DNA from: an uncultured virus (IMG/VR IMGVR_UViG_3300025423_000014)
Lineage: Duplodnaviria > Heunggongvirae > Uroviricota > Caudoviricetes
Virus record (IMG/VR): IMGVR_UViG_3300025423_000014
Reading direction: 5' to 3' (one strand)
DNA length: 20,000 nucleotides
Shown: one piece after another, positions 1-8,885 of the stretch
Layout of the letters: every line of letters starts with the position of its first letter
Numbering within the stretch: the stretch's first letter is position 1
The notes under the pieces: generated by a model
Databases searched by the model: none
Told to the model about the DNA's origin: nothing
What the model saw: only the letters and a program-made list of their open reading frames with translations
Translations under genes and position numbers: made by a program

Positions 1-11
1 CGGAGCAGTCA

Positions 12-1400
12 ATGCTTGGATTTGCAACAGCTGTTTACCCAGGATTTAAGATTGGACCGCACCATAAAAAACTTGCCAGAATCTTTACAGATGTGATTGA
101 GGGCAAAAAGCGCAGAGTTATTATCAACATTGCGCCTCGTATGGGCAAGTCAGAATTCAGTTCTTATTTATTTCCAGCATATTTTTTAGGCAAGTTCCCA
201 GACAAGAAGATCATCATGGGAACGCACACAGCGGGACTCTCAGAAGATTTTGGACGCAGAGTTAGAAACTTAATTGAATCGGAAGAGTACCATGAAGTTT
301 TCCCTAATACAAACATATCAGACGATCAAAAAGCTGCTGGTAAATGGTCTACGTCAGCCGGTGGACAGTACTATGCCGCTGGAGTGGGCGGCGCTTTGGC
401 TGGGAGGGGTGCCGATCTTTTCGTCATTGACGACCCGCACTCGGAGCAAGATGTTAAGGCGAATTCACGATTAGCGTTTGATACTGCATGGTCTTGGTTT
501 CAGACGGGACCGCTACAGCGTTTGATGCCAGGCGGCGCTATTATTGTGATCATGACGCGTTGGTCGATGCTGGACTTAACCGGCAGACTTTTGGACTATC
601 AGATTAAAAACCCCGACTCACTACCTTGGGAGTTGGTTGAACTCCCCGCCATATTAAATGAAGGCACAGAAGACGAGAAGTCACTTTGGCCGGAGCAGTG
701 GAAACTAGAAGTTTTAAAAACAACCAAAGCCTCAATTGATCCTAGATTTTGGAACGCGCAATACATGCAACAGCCTACGATGGATACATCAGCCATTGTG
801 CCTAGGAAGTCTTGGAGAATTTGGGATAAAGAAGATCCACCACACTGTACATTTGTAATACAAACTTGGGATACGGCGTACGAAACAAAGACAAGCGCCG
901 ACTATTCTGCGTGTACAACATGGGGTATATTCTTCAATGAAGAAGATAAGATGAAGCCGCATATCATTTTATTGGATGCATTTAAGGATAGAATGGCGTT
1001 TCCGGATTTAAAAGTAACGGCGCTTAAACACTATAGACAATGGGAACCTGATTCGTTTATTGTTGAAAAGAAAGCTGCAGGTGCACCGCTGATCCAGGAA
1101 TTTAGGGCTATGGGTATTTTTGTTGAAGAAGACAATCCAAGCCGAGGCAATGACAAGATGGTCAGACTTAACGCGGTATCTACTTTGTTTGCATCAGGGG
1201 TTGTCTGGGCGCCAGACACACGCTGGGCTAGAGAAGTGATTGAAGAAATTGCTGTGTTCCCTGTTGGAGAACATGATGACTTTGTGGATACAACAACAAT
1301 GGCACTGTTAAGATTTAGAAGAGGCGGGTTTGTGCCGCTAGACAGTGATGAGAAAGAAGATCCTGTGTACTTCAGGCGCAGACAACACGCATACTATTAA
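12..1400 (+). CDS. terL: Terminase large subunit (probably 5'-truncated by the window edge)
   Basis: Walker A-like IAPRMGKS, Walker B LFVIDDPH, coupling motif IMTRW, RNase H-like nuclease acidic motifs QTWDTA and HDDFVD; sits directly upstream of the portal. The frame is open to the window start (gag cag tca before ATG12). Confidence 0.95.
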   Translation: MLGFATAVYPGFKIGPHHKKLARIFTDVIEGKKRRVIINIAPRMGKSEFSSYLFPAYFLGKFPDKKIIMGTHTAGLSEDFGRRVRNLIESEEYHEVFPNTNISDDQKAAGKWSTSAGGQYYAAGVGGALAGRGADLFVIDDPHSEQDVKANSRLAFDTAWSWFQTGPLQRLMPGGAIIVIMTRWSMLDLTGRLLDYQIKNPDSLPWELVELPAILNEGTEDEKSLWPEQWKLEVLKTTKASIDPRFWNAQYMQQPTMDTSAIVPRKSWRIWDKEDPPHCTFVIQTWDTAYETKTSADYSACTTWGIFFNEEDKMKPHIILLDAFKDRMAFPDLKVTALKHYRQWEPDSFIVEKKAAGAPLIQEFRAMGIFVEEDNPSRGNDKMVRLNAVSTLFASGVVWAPDTRWAREVIEEIAVFPVGEHDDFVDTTTMALLRFRRGGFVPLDSDEKEDPVYFRRRQHAYY

Positions 1401-1410
1401 AGGATAAATA

Positions 1411-3954
1411 ATGGCGACTAATATAGATAAAGCACTATATACGGACGGTGAAAATATAAGTTCAGACACCACAGATGGTGAAGGACAAGGTATAGAAATT
1501 GAGGTCGTTGACCCAGAAGAAGTAAATATCCACGCTGGAGACCTAGAAATTAGCATAGATAAGGGTGAAAATGAAGATTTTTACGCAAATTTGGTAGAAG
1601 AAATACCAGAAAATAAGCTTGCAACGCTTGCTGCAGATCTGTCTGAAGACATAGAAAACGATAAAAATTCCAGAAAAGACTGGGAAAAAGCCTATGTAAT
1701 GGGACTCAAGCTAATGGGTCTTCAGTACGAAGAGAGAACGGAGCCTTGGAACGGAGCATCGGGTGTCTTTCACCCCATGATCACAGAAGCCGTAGTGCGT
1801 TTCCAAAGTGAGAGTATCACCGAGATGTTTCCCGCCCAAGGTCCCGTTCGCACTAAGATTATTGGTAAAGAAACAACAGAGAAAAAAGAGTCTGCAATTC
1901 GTGTTGAAGATGACATGAACTATGAATTGACAGAAGTGATGACGGAATTTAGACCTGAGCATGAAAGAATGTTGTGGAGCCTACCCGCAACAGGGTCTGC
2001 GTTCAAAAAAGTCTATGACGATATAGGTTTGGGGCGCCAAACATCTGTATTTGTTCCAGCAGAAGACGTACTTTTACCATACGGCACAACAGATATGGAC
2101 ACGTGTTACAGAATTACACACGTAATGCGCAAAACAAAAAATGAAATTTTAAAATTACAAAAAGCAGGGTTCTATTTAGACTGTGATTTACCAGAACCCA
2201 CACAGCTTCGTGACGATATTCAAAAAGCCAAAGATAAAGAGACGGGATTTAGCGACTTAAACGATGATCGTTATGTAATATATGAAGTCCATGCGGATTT
2301 AGACATGCCTGGCTTTGAAGATGAAGACGGTATAGCTTTGCCTTACGTGGTAACGTTGATTAAAGGAAGTAATAATGTCTTGTCAATTCGGCGCAACTGG
2401 AAAGAAAACGACAAAAACAGACTCAAACGCCAACATTTCATCCATTACCAGTTCATCCCAGGCTTTGGCGCATACGGATTCGGATACTTCCACATCATTG
2501 GAGGCTATGCCAAGTCGGCGACAAGCATTATGCGTCAATTGGTCGACGCGGGAACTTTATCTAACCTGCCCGGAGGTCTTAAGTCCAGAGGACTTCGCGT
2601 TAAAGGTGATGATACACCCATTGCACCAGGAGAATTCAGGGACGTAGACATTGCATCAGGTCCTTTGCGTGACAATATTTTGCCACTCCCATACAAAGAG
2701 CCAAGCGCTGTTTTAGCTGGGTTACTTGACAAGATTATTGAGCAAGGCAAAGAGATGGCGGCAACAGCCGACATGAAGATTTCTGACATGTCCAGTCAGG
2801 CTCCTGTTGGAACTACTTTTGCAATCCTTGAGCGCCAGTTAAAAGTGATGTCTGCCGTACAGGCAAGGATGCATTTTGCATTTAAACAAGAATTAAAACT
2901 TCTTGCACAGTTAATTAAGCAAGATTCACCAGAAGACTATGAGTACGAACCCGAATACGGTTCACGATCTGCAAAACAGTCAGATTATGACAATGTTGAT
3001 ATTATTCCTGTAAGTGATCCCAATGCAGCAACATTATCACAACGTGTAGTTCAGTATCAGGCAGTGATTCAAATGGCGCAACAAGCGCCTGAAATATACG
3101 ACTTACCAGAACTGCACAGACGCATGTTAGAAGTTATGGGTGTTAAGGGTGCAGACAAACTTGTGCCTTTACCAGATGATCAAAAACCAAAAGACCCTGT
3201 ATCAGAAAACATGGCGCTACTGCGTAGCGAACCTGCAAAAGCGTTTTTCTACCAAGACCATCAGTCGCATATTCAAGTGCACATGGCGATGATGCAAGAC
3301 CCAAGTATTCAGCAATTGATTGGGCAAAATCCAAAAGCACCAATGATTCAAGCGGCGATCATGGCGCATATTGCAGAACACGTTGCATTTAAATACAGGC
3401 AAGATATTGAACAACGCCTTGGTATGCCAGTACCAGATACAGATGAGAAGATGGCGCCCCAAATCGAGCTTCAATTGTCAGGCATGATGGCACAAGCGGC
3501 ATCCCAAGTACTTCAACAAAGTCAACATCAAGCTGCCCAACAACAGGCTCAACAACAAGCACAAGACCCGCTTATTCAAATGCAACAGCAAGAACTGCAA
3601 ATTCGTCAACAAGAAGTGCAGATCAAAGCGCAAGAAGCCCAGGCTAGAGCACAAGAAGCACAGGCTAAATTGGCACTTGAAGACCGCAAAATACAGATAC
3701 AAGCGCTTGAAAAGACACATGAAATACAGGCTAGAGAGAAAGATAGCCGTATGAATATGCTCAGTAAAGCCGCAGATATTCATCAAAAAACCAGAGATCA
3801 AGGCATTGATATGGTCAAACATGCTGCTCAACACAAGCATGAATTAGAAATACAACGTCAAGGGCATGGAGTAGATCTTGCCACACATGTTTCCCAGCTT
3901 GAACATGAAAAACAACAAGCCGCTAAAACACCAAAGGAACAACTTAAAAAATGA
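1411..3954 (+). CDS. Portal protein with long Gln-rich C-terminal coiled coil (P22-like architecture)
   Basis: 847 aa directly after terL; RBS AAGGA; motifs SRKDWE, HPMITEAVVRFQ, GFGAYGFG typical of podovirus-type portals; acidic N-terminus, Q/A-rich helical C-terminus. Confidence 0.88.
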   Translation: MATNIDKALYTDGENISSDTTDGEGQGIEIEVVDPEEVNIHAGDLEISIDKGENEDFYANLVEEIPENKLATLAADLSEDIENDKNSRKDWEKAYVMGLKLMGLQYEERTEPWNGASGVFHPMITEAVVRFQSESITEMFPAQGPVRTKIIGKETTEKKESAIRVEDDMNYELTEVMTEFRPEHERMLWSLPATGSAFKKVYDDIGLGRQTSVFVPAEDVLLPYGTTDMDTCYRITHVMRKTKNEILKLQKAGFYLDCDLPEPTQLRDDIQKAKDKETGFSDLNDDRYVIYEVHADLDMPGFEDEDGIALPYVVTLIKGSNNVLSIRRNWKENDKNRLKRQHFIHYQFIPGFGAYGFGYFHIIGGYAKSATSIMRQLVDAGTLSNLPGGLKSRGLRVKGDDTPIAPGEFRDVDIASGPLRDNILPLPYKEPSAVLAGLLDKIIEQGKEMAATADMKISDMSSQAPVGTTFAILERQLKVMSAVQARMHFAFKQELKLLAQLIKQDSPEDYEYEPEYGSRSAKQSDYDNVDIIPVSDPNAATLSQRVVQYQAVIQMAQQAPEIYDLPELHRRMLEVMGVKGADKLVPLPDDQKPKDPVSENMALLRSEPAKAFFYQDHQSHIQVHMAMMQDPSIQQLIGQNPKAPMIQAAIMAHIAEHVAFKYRQDIEQRLGMPVPDTDEKMAPQIELQLSGMMAQAASQVLQQSQHQAAQQQAQQQAQDPLIQMQQQELQIRQQEVQIKAQEAQARAQEAQAKLALEDRKIQIQALEKTHEIQAREKDSRMNMLSKAADIHQKTRDQGIDMVKHAAQHKHELEIQRQGHGVDLATHVSQLEHEKQQAAKTPKEQLKK

Positions 3955-4145
3955 TAGCCAACTTCGCAGACGCGCTGCGCAAACAATTACGCAAACAAAT
4001 GAACGATTACGCAGACGACATGGCAACAGGTCAATGCGCATCTTTTGAACAATATCAAAAACTCTGTGGGGTGATTTCGGGTCTAGCCATCGCAGAGGGT
4101 TTATTACTTGACCTGCTAGAAAAGGTAGAAAAATCAGATGAGTGA
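3951..4145 (+). CDS. Small hypothetical protein between portal and GroES-like gene
   Basis: 64 aa, ATGA overlap with the portal stop, RBS AAGGA, helical pattern (EQYQKLCGVISGL). Confidence 0.75.
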   Translation: MIANFADALRKQLRKQMNDYADDMATGQCASFEQYQKLCGVISGLAIAEGLLLDLLEKVEKSDE

Positions 4146-4575
4146 ACTTGTACTTCCAGACTATTTAAAGCTCAAGCCCACGGTGGAAGTAATTGAACAA
4201 ATTACCAAACCACCAGAAAAAGACGAAGACAAGCCAACACTTTTGCCTAACCCATCCGGGTACAGGCTTTTGTGTAGCGTACCCCAGGTCTCTAAAAAGA
4301 TTGACGGTACTGAGCTAGATCTTGAGCGTCCTGACTTCTACGCCAAACAAGAAGAACACGCAACCACTGTGTTGTTTGTTTTAAAAGTTGGTCCAGATGC
4401 GTACGCAGACAAAACCAAATTCCCTAGTGGACCTTGGTGCAAGGAAGGTGACTTCATTATGGTTCGTACCTATGCAGGTACGCGTTTCAAAATTTACGGC
4501 AACGAATTCAGGTTCATCAATGATGATGAAGTAGACGGTGTTGTAGATGATCCCCGCGGAATAACCCGTGCTTAA
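4138..4575 (+). CDS. groES: GroES/Cpn10-like co-chaperonin
   Basis: Cpn10 motifs PSGYRLL, VLKVGPDAY, KEGDFIMV..YAGTRFKIYGNEFRFINDDEVDGVV; N-terminal extension of about 38 aa. Confidence 0.85.
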   Translation: MSELVLPDYLKLKPTVEVIEQITKPPEKDEDKPTLLPNPSGYRLLCSVPQVSKKIDGTELDLERPDFYAKQEEHATTVLFVLKVGPDAYADKTKFPSGPWCKEGDFIMVRTYAGTRFKIYGNEFRFINDDEVDGVVDDPRGITRA

Positions 4576-4586
4576 AAGGAAAAACA

Positions 4587-5543
4587 ATGGCAGAATTTAA
4601 AGGCGAAGATTTCAAATTCCCTGATGAAATCGAAACAGAAGAAAAGATAAAGGTAGAAAGTACACACGACGATGAAATAGATATTGAGATCGTCGACGAC
4701 ACACCTGAACGAGACAGAGGTCGCAGACCACTTGATCGTGAGGTAGAAGACCCAACTGATGATGAAATTAATCAGTACACAAAGGGTGCACAAGAAAGAA
4801 TTAAAGAACTCACACACGCAAGACACGACGAACGTAGAGCTAAAGAAGCAGCGCTTCGTGAACGCCAAGAACTTGATAAACTTGCACAGCGTTTGTTGGA
4901 AGAAAACAACAATTTAAAACGTTTTGTAAACTCAAGTAGTGAGCAAACAACACAGATGGCTAAGACTGCTGCAGAAGCAGAGCTTGACAAAGCCAGACGT
5001 GAGTATAAAGCGGCACAAGAAGCGTTCGATACAGACGCTATTATTGCTGCTCAAGAAGCATTGACTGAAGCCAAAATGAGAGTGGAGTCGGTAAAAAATT
5101 ATAGACCGGCCCCTTTACAAGTTGAAAAAGAAGATGTATATTCGCAACAACAAGTCCAACCTGTTCAACCAGACGAAAAAACCTTGCGCTGGCAAGCTAA
5201 AAACCAGTGGTTTGGGGCACAGGGATTTGAAGAAATTACCAGTTATGCACTAGGACTGCACCAAAAACTAGTCAACTCCGGGGTTGATCCTCGCTCAGAT
5301 CAGTATTACGAGACTATTGACTCTCGCATAAAAAAGACCTTTCCGGATGTTTTTGGAGAGGCAGCGGTATCGTCTGAGACTCCAAGTAAAAAAACACCAT
5401 CTGTAACTGCGCCAACAAGCAGGTCTTCCGGAACAAAGAAGATTCAACTTACAACCACGCAAATGGCGTTGGCAAAGAAATTCAAGATGGATCCTAAAGT
5501 GTATGCTGCAGAAGTTTTAAAATTGGAGAAACAAAATGGCTGA
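4587..5543 (+). CDS. Putative capsid scaffolding protein
   Basis: 318 aa; very acidic N-terminus, long coiled coil, short basic C-terminal helix (QMALAKKFKMDPKVYA); located upstream of the capsid gene; RBS AAGGA. Confidence 0.65.
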   Translation: MAEFKGEDFKFPDEIETEEKIKVESTHDDEIDIEIVDDTPERDRGRRPLDREVEDPTDDEINQYTKGAQERIKELTHARHDERRAKEAALRERQELDKLAQRLLEENNNLKRFVNSSSEQTTQMAKTAAEAELDKARREYKAAQEAFDTDAIIAAQEALTEAKMRVESVKNYRPAPLQVEKEDVYSQQQVQPVQPDEKTLRWQAKNQWFGAQGFEEITSYALGLHQKLVNSGVDPRSDQYYETIDSRIKKTFPDVFGEAAVSSETPSKKTPSVTAPTSRSSGTKKIQLTTTQMALAKKFKMDPKVYAAEVLKLEKQNG

Positions 5544-5988
5544 TAACCGTACCCCCCGTGATTTAACAACCCGTGACAAGAATGTTCGATATGTGTACAC
5601 ACCATCGAGCAAACTGCCTGACCCAACCCCCATTCCTGGAATGTCTTTCCGTTGGATTGCGACGCATGTTATGAGCATTGCCGACCCAACTAACGTGTCA
5701 AAAAAGCGCAGAGATGGCTGGGAACCAGTCAAGGCGGCGGATCATCCTGAGCTTATGCTTGAAGGTAACGCTAGTGGAAACGTAGAAATTGGTGGCTTGA
5801 TGCTTTGCAAAATGCCAACAGAACGCGTAGAAGCTATGGACGAATACTATCAAAGACAAAATAGAGCACAGATGGAGTCAGTTGATAATAATTTCTTGAA
5901 AAACCAAGACCCCCGTATGGCTACTTTGTTTTCTGAACGCCAGTCAACAAGTACCAGAGGTAGTGTTTTTGGTAACGGTTCTAAATAA
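5536..5988 (+). CDS. Hypothetical head-module protein
   Basis: 150 aa, RBS GGAG, overlaps the previous stop; globular-looking motifs FRWIA, RDGWEPV, IGGLMLCKMP. Confidence 0.75.
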   Translation: MADNRTPRDLTTRDKNVRYVYTPSSKLPDPTPIPGMSFRWIATHVMSIADPTNVSKKRRDGWEPVKAADHPELMLEGNASGNVEIGGLMLCKMPTERVEAMDEYYQRQNRAQMESVDNNFLKNQDPRMATLFSERQSTSTRGSVFGNGSK

Positions 5989-6003
5989 CTTAGGAGTTTT
6001 TAA

Positions 6004-6903
6004 ATGGCATATCCTATCGTTCCCGCAGCTTACGGCTTAAAGCCTGTAAGTCTGTCAGGTGGTAGAGTGTTTTCTGGTTCTACCAGACTCATTCCTATCG
6101 CTTCTGGCTATGGCTACAACTTGTTCGACGGTGACGTTGTTACAGCAAGTGGTGGTTCATTAGTTGTTACAACTCTCGGTGCAGCATCTTCAGCTGTTGC
6201 TGGTACTATCGGTGTTTTTGTTGGTGCTCAATACATCAACTCAATGAGCCAAACAGTACGTGCACAGTACTACCCTGCTAACACCGTCACTAACGCCGCT
6301 TATGGACCTAACAGTCTGCAAGGCTATGTTGTTGATGATCCTTTAGCTGTGTTCCAAGCCGCTGTATTGACACAGAGCACTTCTGTATCTAACACACCTG
6401 GCGCTACTATTGGTTATGTAAACCCATCTTTCATTGGGTCTAACATGTACTTGGTAACAAACGGTTCTAACGGTGGATCAGCTTCTGGTAACACAAACAC
6501 AGGTGACTCAGCAATGGGTTTAACTGGTGGTGCTATCACTTCTGGTACACAAGGTAATACTCGTATTACTTCAAGCGCACCTTTCCGTGTTGTTAACGTA
6601 GTTCCAGACACAGCAGTTACTGTTACAGCCACAAGCGGTACAGCAACTTCTTCTAGCGCAACATTGACAATTACTGCAGCTAATACAGCTATTAGCCCCG
6701 GTATGCAGGTGATCATTCCAGGCGTTACTGGCGCATTGGCAGGTAACTTTTTGACATTGACTAACATCAGTGGCACAACACTTACTTTGTCTGCTTCAGT
6801 TACAGTCCCAGCAGGATCAGCTATATCTTTTGTTGGTTATCCAGAAGTCCAAGTTCAGTGGAACTTTGGTTACCATGCGTACATGAACGCAACAGCAGCT
6901 TAA
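6004..6903 (+). CDS. Putative capsid-associated (decoration/cement) protein with inserted Ser/Thr-rich domain
   Basis: 299 aa, RBS AGGAG, immediately upstream of the major capsid gene, beta-rich composition, strongly biased codon use (ggt, gct, act, aac) suggesting high expression. Confidence 0.6.
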   Translation: MAYPIVPAAYGLKPVSLSGGRVFSGSTRLIPIASGYGYNLFDGDVVTASGGSLVVTTLGAASSAVAGTIGVFVGAQYINSMSQTVRAQYYPANTVTNAAYGPNSLQGYVVDDPLAVFQAAVLTQSTSVSNTPGATIGYVNPSFIGSNMYLVTNGSNGGSASGNTNTGDSAMGLTGGAITSGTQGNTRITSSAPFRVVNVVPDTAVTVTATSGTATSSSATLTITAANTAISPGMQVIIPGVTGALAGNFLTLTNISGTTLTLSASVTVPAGSAISFVGYPEVQVQWNFGYHAYMNATAA

Positions 6904-6918
6904 TTAAGGAGCATATAA

Positions 6919-7821
6919 ATGGCTATTTCACGCGCACAACTATTGAAAGAGTTGCTTCCTGGATTGAACGCTCTGTTCGGTTTAGAGTATGCAAGATACG
7001 GCGAAGAGCACAAAGAGATTTACGAAACAGAAACCTCTGAGCGTTCTTTTGAAGAAGAAACGAAACTTTCAGGTTTCTCTGCTGCACCAGTTAAAAACGA
7101 GGGCGCCGCTCTTGCTTATGACAATGCACAGGAAGCATGGACAGCTCGTTACAACCACGAAACAATTGCTCTTGGATTCTCAATCACTGAAGAAGCGATT
7201 GAAGATAACTTGTATGACTCTTTGTCAGCACGTTATACCAAGGCTCTTGCCCGCGCTATGGCGTACACAAAACAGGTTAAAGCCGCTTCTCCTTTAAACA
7301 ATGGATACAACGCATCTATTGTTGGTGGCGACAACCAACCTTTGTTCTCCACAGCACACCCCTTAGTTAACGGCGCAACAAACGCTAACACATTCACAAC
7401 TCCTGCTGATTTGAACGAGACTTCATTAGAAGCCGCCGTTATTCAAATCGCTGGTTGGACAGATGAGCGTGGTTTGTTGATCGCTGCTAGACCTAAGAAA
7501 CTCATTGTTCCACCATCATTAATGTTCGTTGCTACTCGCCTCTTAGAGACAGAGTTGCGCGTTGGTACAAACAACAACGACATTAACGCTATTAAGAACA
7601 ATGGAGCAATTCCTGAAGGCTACACCGTAAACCACTTCTTGACATCAACCAACACATGGTTCTTGACAACTGACGTGCCAAACGGAATGAAGCACTTTGA
7701 GCGTATTGCTTTACAAAATTCAATGGACGGGGACTTCGACACCGGCAACGTTCGCTACAAATCAAGAGAGCGTTACAGCTTCGGTTGGTCTGACCCTCTT
7801 GGAATGTTTAGTTCTTACTAA
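6919..7821 (+). CDS. Major capsid protein (HK97 fold, Mu gpT-like family)
   Basis: 300 aa, RBS AAGGAG; MAISRAQLLKELLPGLNALFG, ITEEAIEDNLY, PKKLIVPP and RERYSFGWSDP are characteristic of this phage capsid family; followed by a terminator. Confidence 0.9.
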   Translation: MAISRAQLLKELLPGLNALFGLEYARYGEEHKEIYETETSERSFEEETKLSGFSAAPVKNEGAALAYDNAQEAWTARYNHETIALGFSITEEAIEDNLYDSLSARYTKALARAMAYTKQVKAASPLNNGYNASIVGGDNQPLFSTAHPLVNGATNANTFTTPADLNETSLEAAVIQIAGWTDERGLLIAARPKKLIVPPSLMFVATRLLETELRVGTNNNDINAIKNNGAIPEGYTVNHFLTSTNTWFLTTDVPNGMKHFERIALQNSMDGDFDTGNVRYKSRERYSFGWSDPLGMFSSY

Positions 7822-7845
7822 TAGGATTGGGAGTTTCCCGGTCGG

Positions 7846-7876
7846 AGGGGTCCTCAAAAGGGACCCCTTTTTATTT
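7846..7876 (+). terminator. Rho-independent terminator after the major capsid gene
   Basis: AGGGGTCC-tcaaaag-GGACCCCT followed by TTTTATTT; a second hairpin (GATTGGGA-gtt-TCCCGGTC, 7825-7843, two G-U pairs) lies just upstream. Confidence 0.85.
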
Positions 7877-7877
7877 G

Positions 7878-7886
7878 TGCTACAAT
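7878..7886 (+). promoter_or_regulatory. Candidate extended -10 promoter for the HNH gene
   Basis: TGcTACAAT directly after the terminator T-run, 27 nt upstream of ATG7914; no clear -35. Confidence 0.45.
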
Positions 7887-7913
7887 TACCTGTGTCGTAA
7901 TAAAGGAGTTAAT

Positions 7914-8498
7914 ATGGACTATCCAACAACAAGAGAAGAAGCAAAGAAAACTGGTGCTAAGTATTACTTTACGGGGCAGCCTTGCAAACACGGGCATGTA
8001 GCATTGCGCAAAACAAAGGGTTCGTGCGTAGACTGTTTAAAGGTTGAATGGGCTAAAGGTAATGAAACTCGCGCAGAATACTTTAAGCAATACAACCAAT
8101 CCGATGCAGGACAAAAAGCCAAAAAAGATTATTATGAGCGTAATAAGGAACAAGTAATTGCTAGGGCGGCTGCAAGACCTGTGGAGCAACGCAAAATGCA
8201 CAGAGAAAAATATAAGGCGCAAAACCCAGAACTTTATAAAGCGTTTGTAAGTGTTCGTAGACGCAGACATAAAAACGCAACCCCCAAATGGATTACCCCA
8301 GAACAAAAGTTGGCTATGCGCAATTTATATCTTCAAGCGCAAGCATTAACAAAAGCTACAGGTGAACGCTATGTAGTTGACCATATTATTCCTTTAATTT
8401 CGCCAGAAGTGTGTGGGTTGCATGTGCCTTGGAACTTAAGAGTTATTACACAAGAAGAAAACCTAATAAAATCAAACAAAATACCTACACAAAATTAA
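7914..8498 (+). CDS. HNH endonuclease (free-standing, homing-type) with N-terminal Cys/His zinc-binding-like domain
   Basis: C-terminal VVDHIIPL...GLHVPWNLRVITQEENLIKSN HNH motif; N-terminal YFTGQPCKHGH..R....CVDC; start reassigned to ATG7914 because of RBS AAGGAG at 7903-7908. Confidence 0.88.
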   Translation: MDYPTTREEAKKTGAKYYFTGQPCKHGHVALRKTKGSCVDCLKVEWAKGNETRAEYFKQYNQSDAGQKAKKDYYERNKEQVIARAAARPVEQRKMHREKYKAQNPELYKAFVSVRRRRHKNATPKWITPEQKLAMRNLYLQAQALTKATGERYVVDHIIPLISPEVCGLHVPWNLRVITQEENLIKSNKIPTQN

Positions 8499-8510
8499 AC
8501 TTTTACTGTA

Positions 8511-8539
8511 TTGTAAGCGTCATAAATACTGGGTAACAT
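8511..8539 (+). promoter_or_regulatory. Candidate sigma70-type promoter for the acidic ORF and tRNA-like element
   Basis: TTGTAA (8511-8516), 17 nt spacer, TAACAT (8534-8539), intergenic. Confidence 0.5.
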
Positions 8540-8581
8540 GAGAATACAGCGCCGTGCTGTACTAATTTTTTGGAGATTTAA

Positions 8582-8878
8582 ATGTTGACAGTTATTATTA
8601 AAGGCGAGACTCTTGAAGATTTAGCACAAGCAATTGAAACAGCTTTAGAGCAAGTTGAAGCTTTTTTGATTGAGCAAGACGAAGAAGTATTTGAATACGA
8701 TGACGATGGTTATTTATATGATGCAGAAAACGATGAGTTATTCTGGTTAGATTTTGACACCGGAGTTGAGTATTACTACGACGAAGAGCAAGATGCTTGG
8801 TTTGAAACAGGCGATGTTATGGATGTTGTAGTAGAAGATGACTTTGTAGAAGACGAGCAAGAAGTAGATTTCGAGTAA
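8582..8878 (+). CDS. Extremely acidic small protein (candidate DNA mimic or nuclease inhibitor)
   Basis: 98 aa, RBS GGAG at 8572-8575; hand count 37 Asp/Glu, 1 Lys, 0 Arg, 0 His; aromatic-acidic quasi-repeats GYLYDAEND, LFWLDFDTG, EYYYDEEQD. Confidence 0.75.
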   Translation: MLTVIIKGETLEDLAQAIETALEQVEAFLIEQDEEVFEYDDDGYLYDAENDELFWLDFDTGVEYYYDEEQDAWFETGDVMDVVVEDDFVEDEQEVDFE

Positions 8879-8885
8879 TATTTTT

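Noticed and set aside
7790..7830. Programmed frameshift or read-through extending the capsid protein
   Set aside because: Tandem TAA TAG stops, no slippery heptamer, and a terminator immediately after.
7827..7913. ORF-track N-terminal extension of the first HNH gene (TTG start)
   Set aside because: It runs through the capsid terminator and has no good RBS; ATG7914 has AAGGAG at proper spacing.
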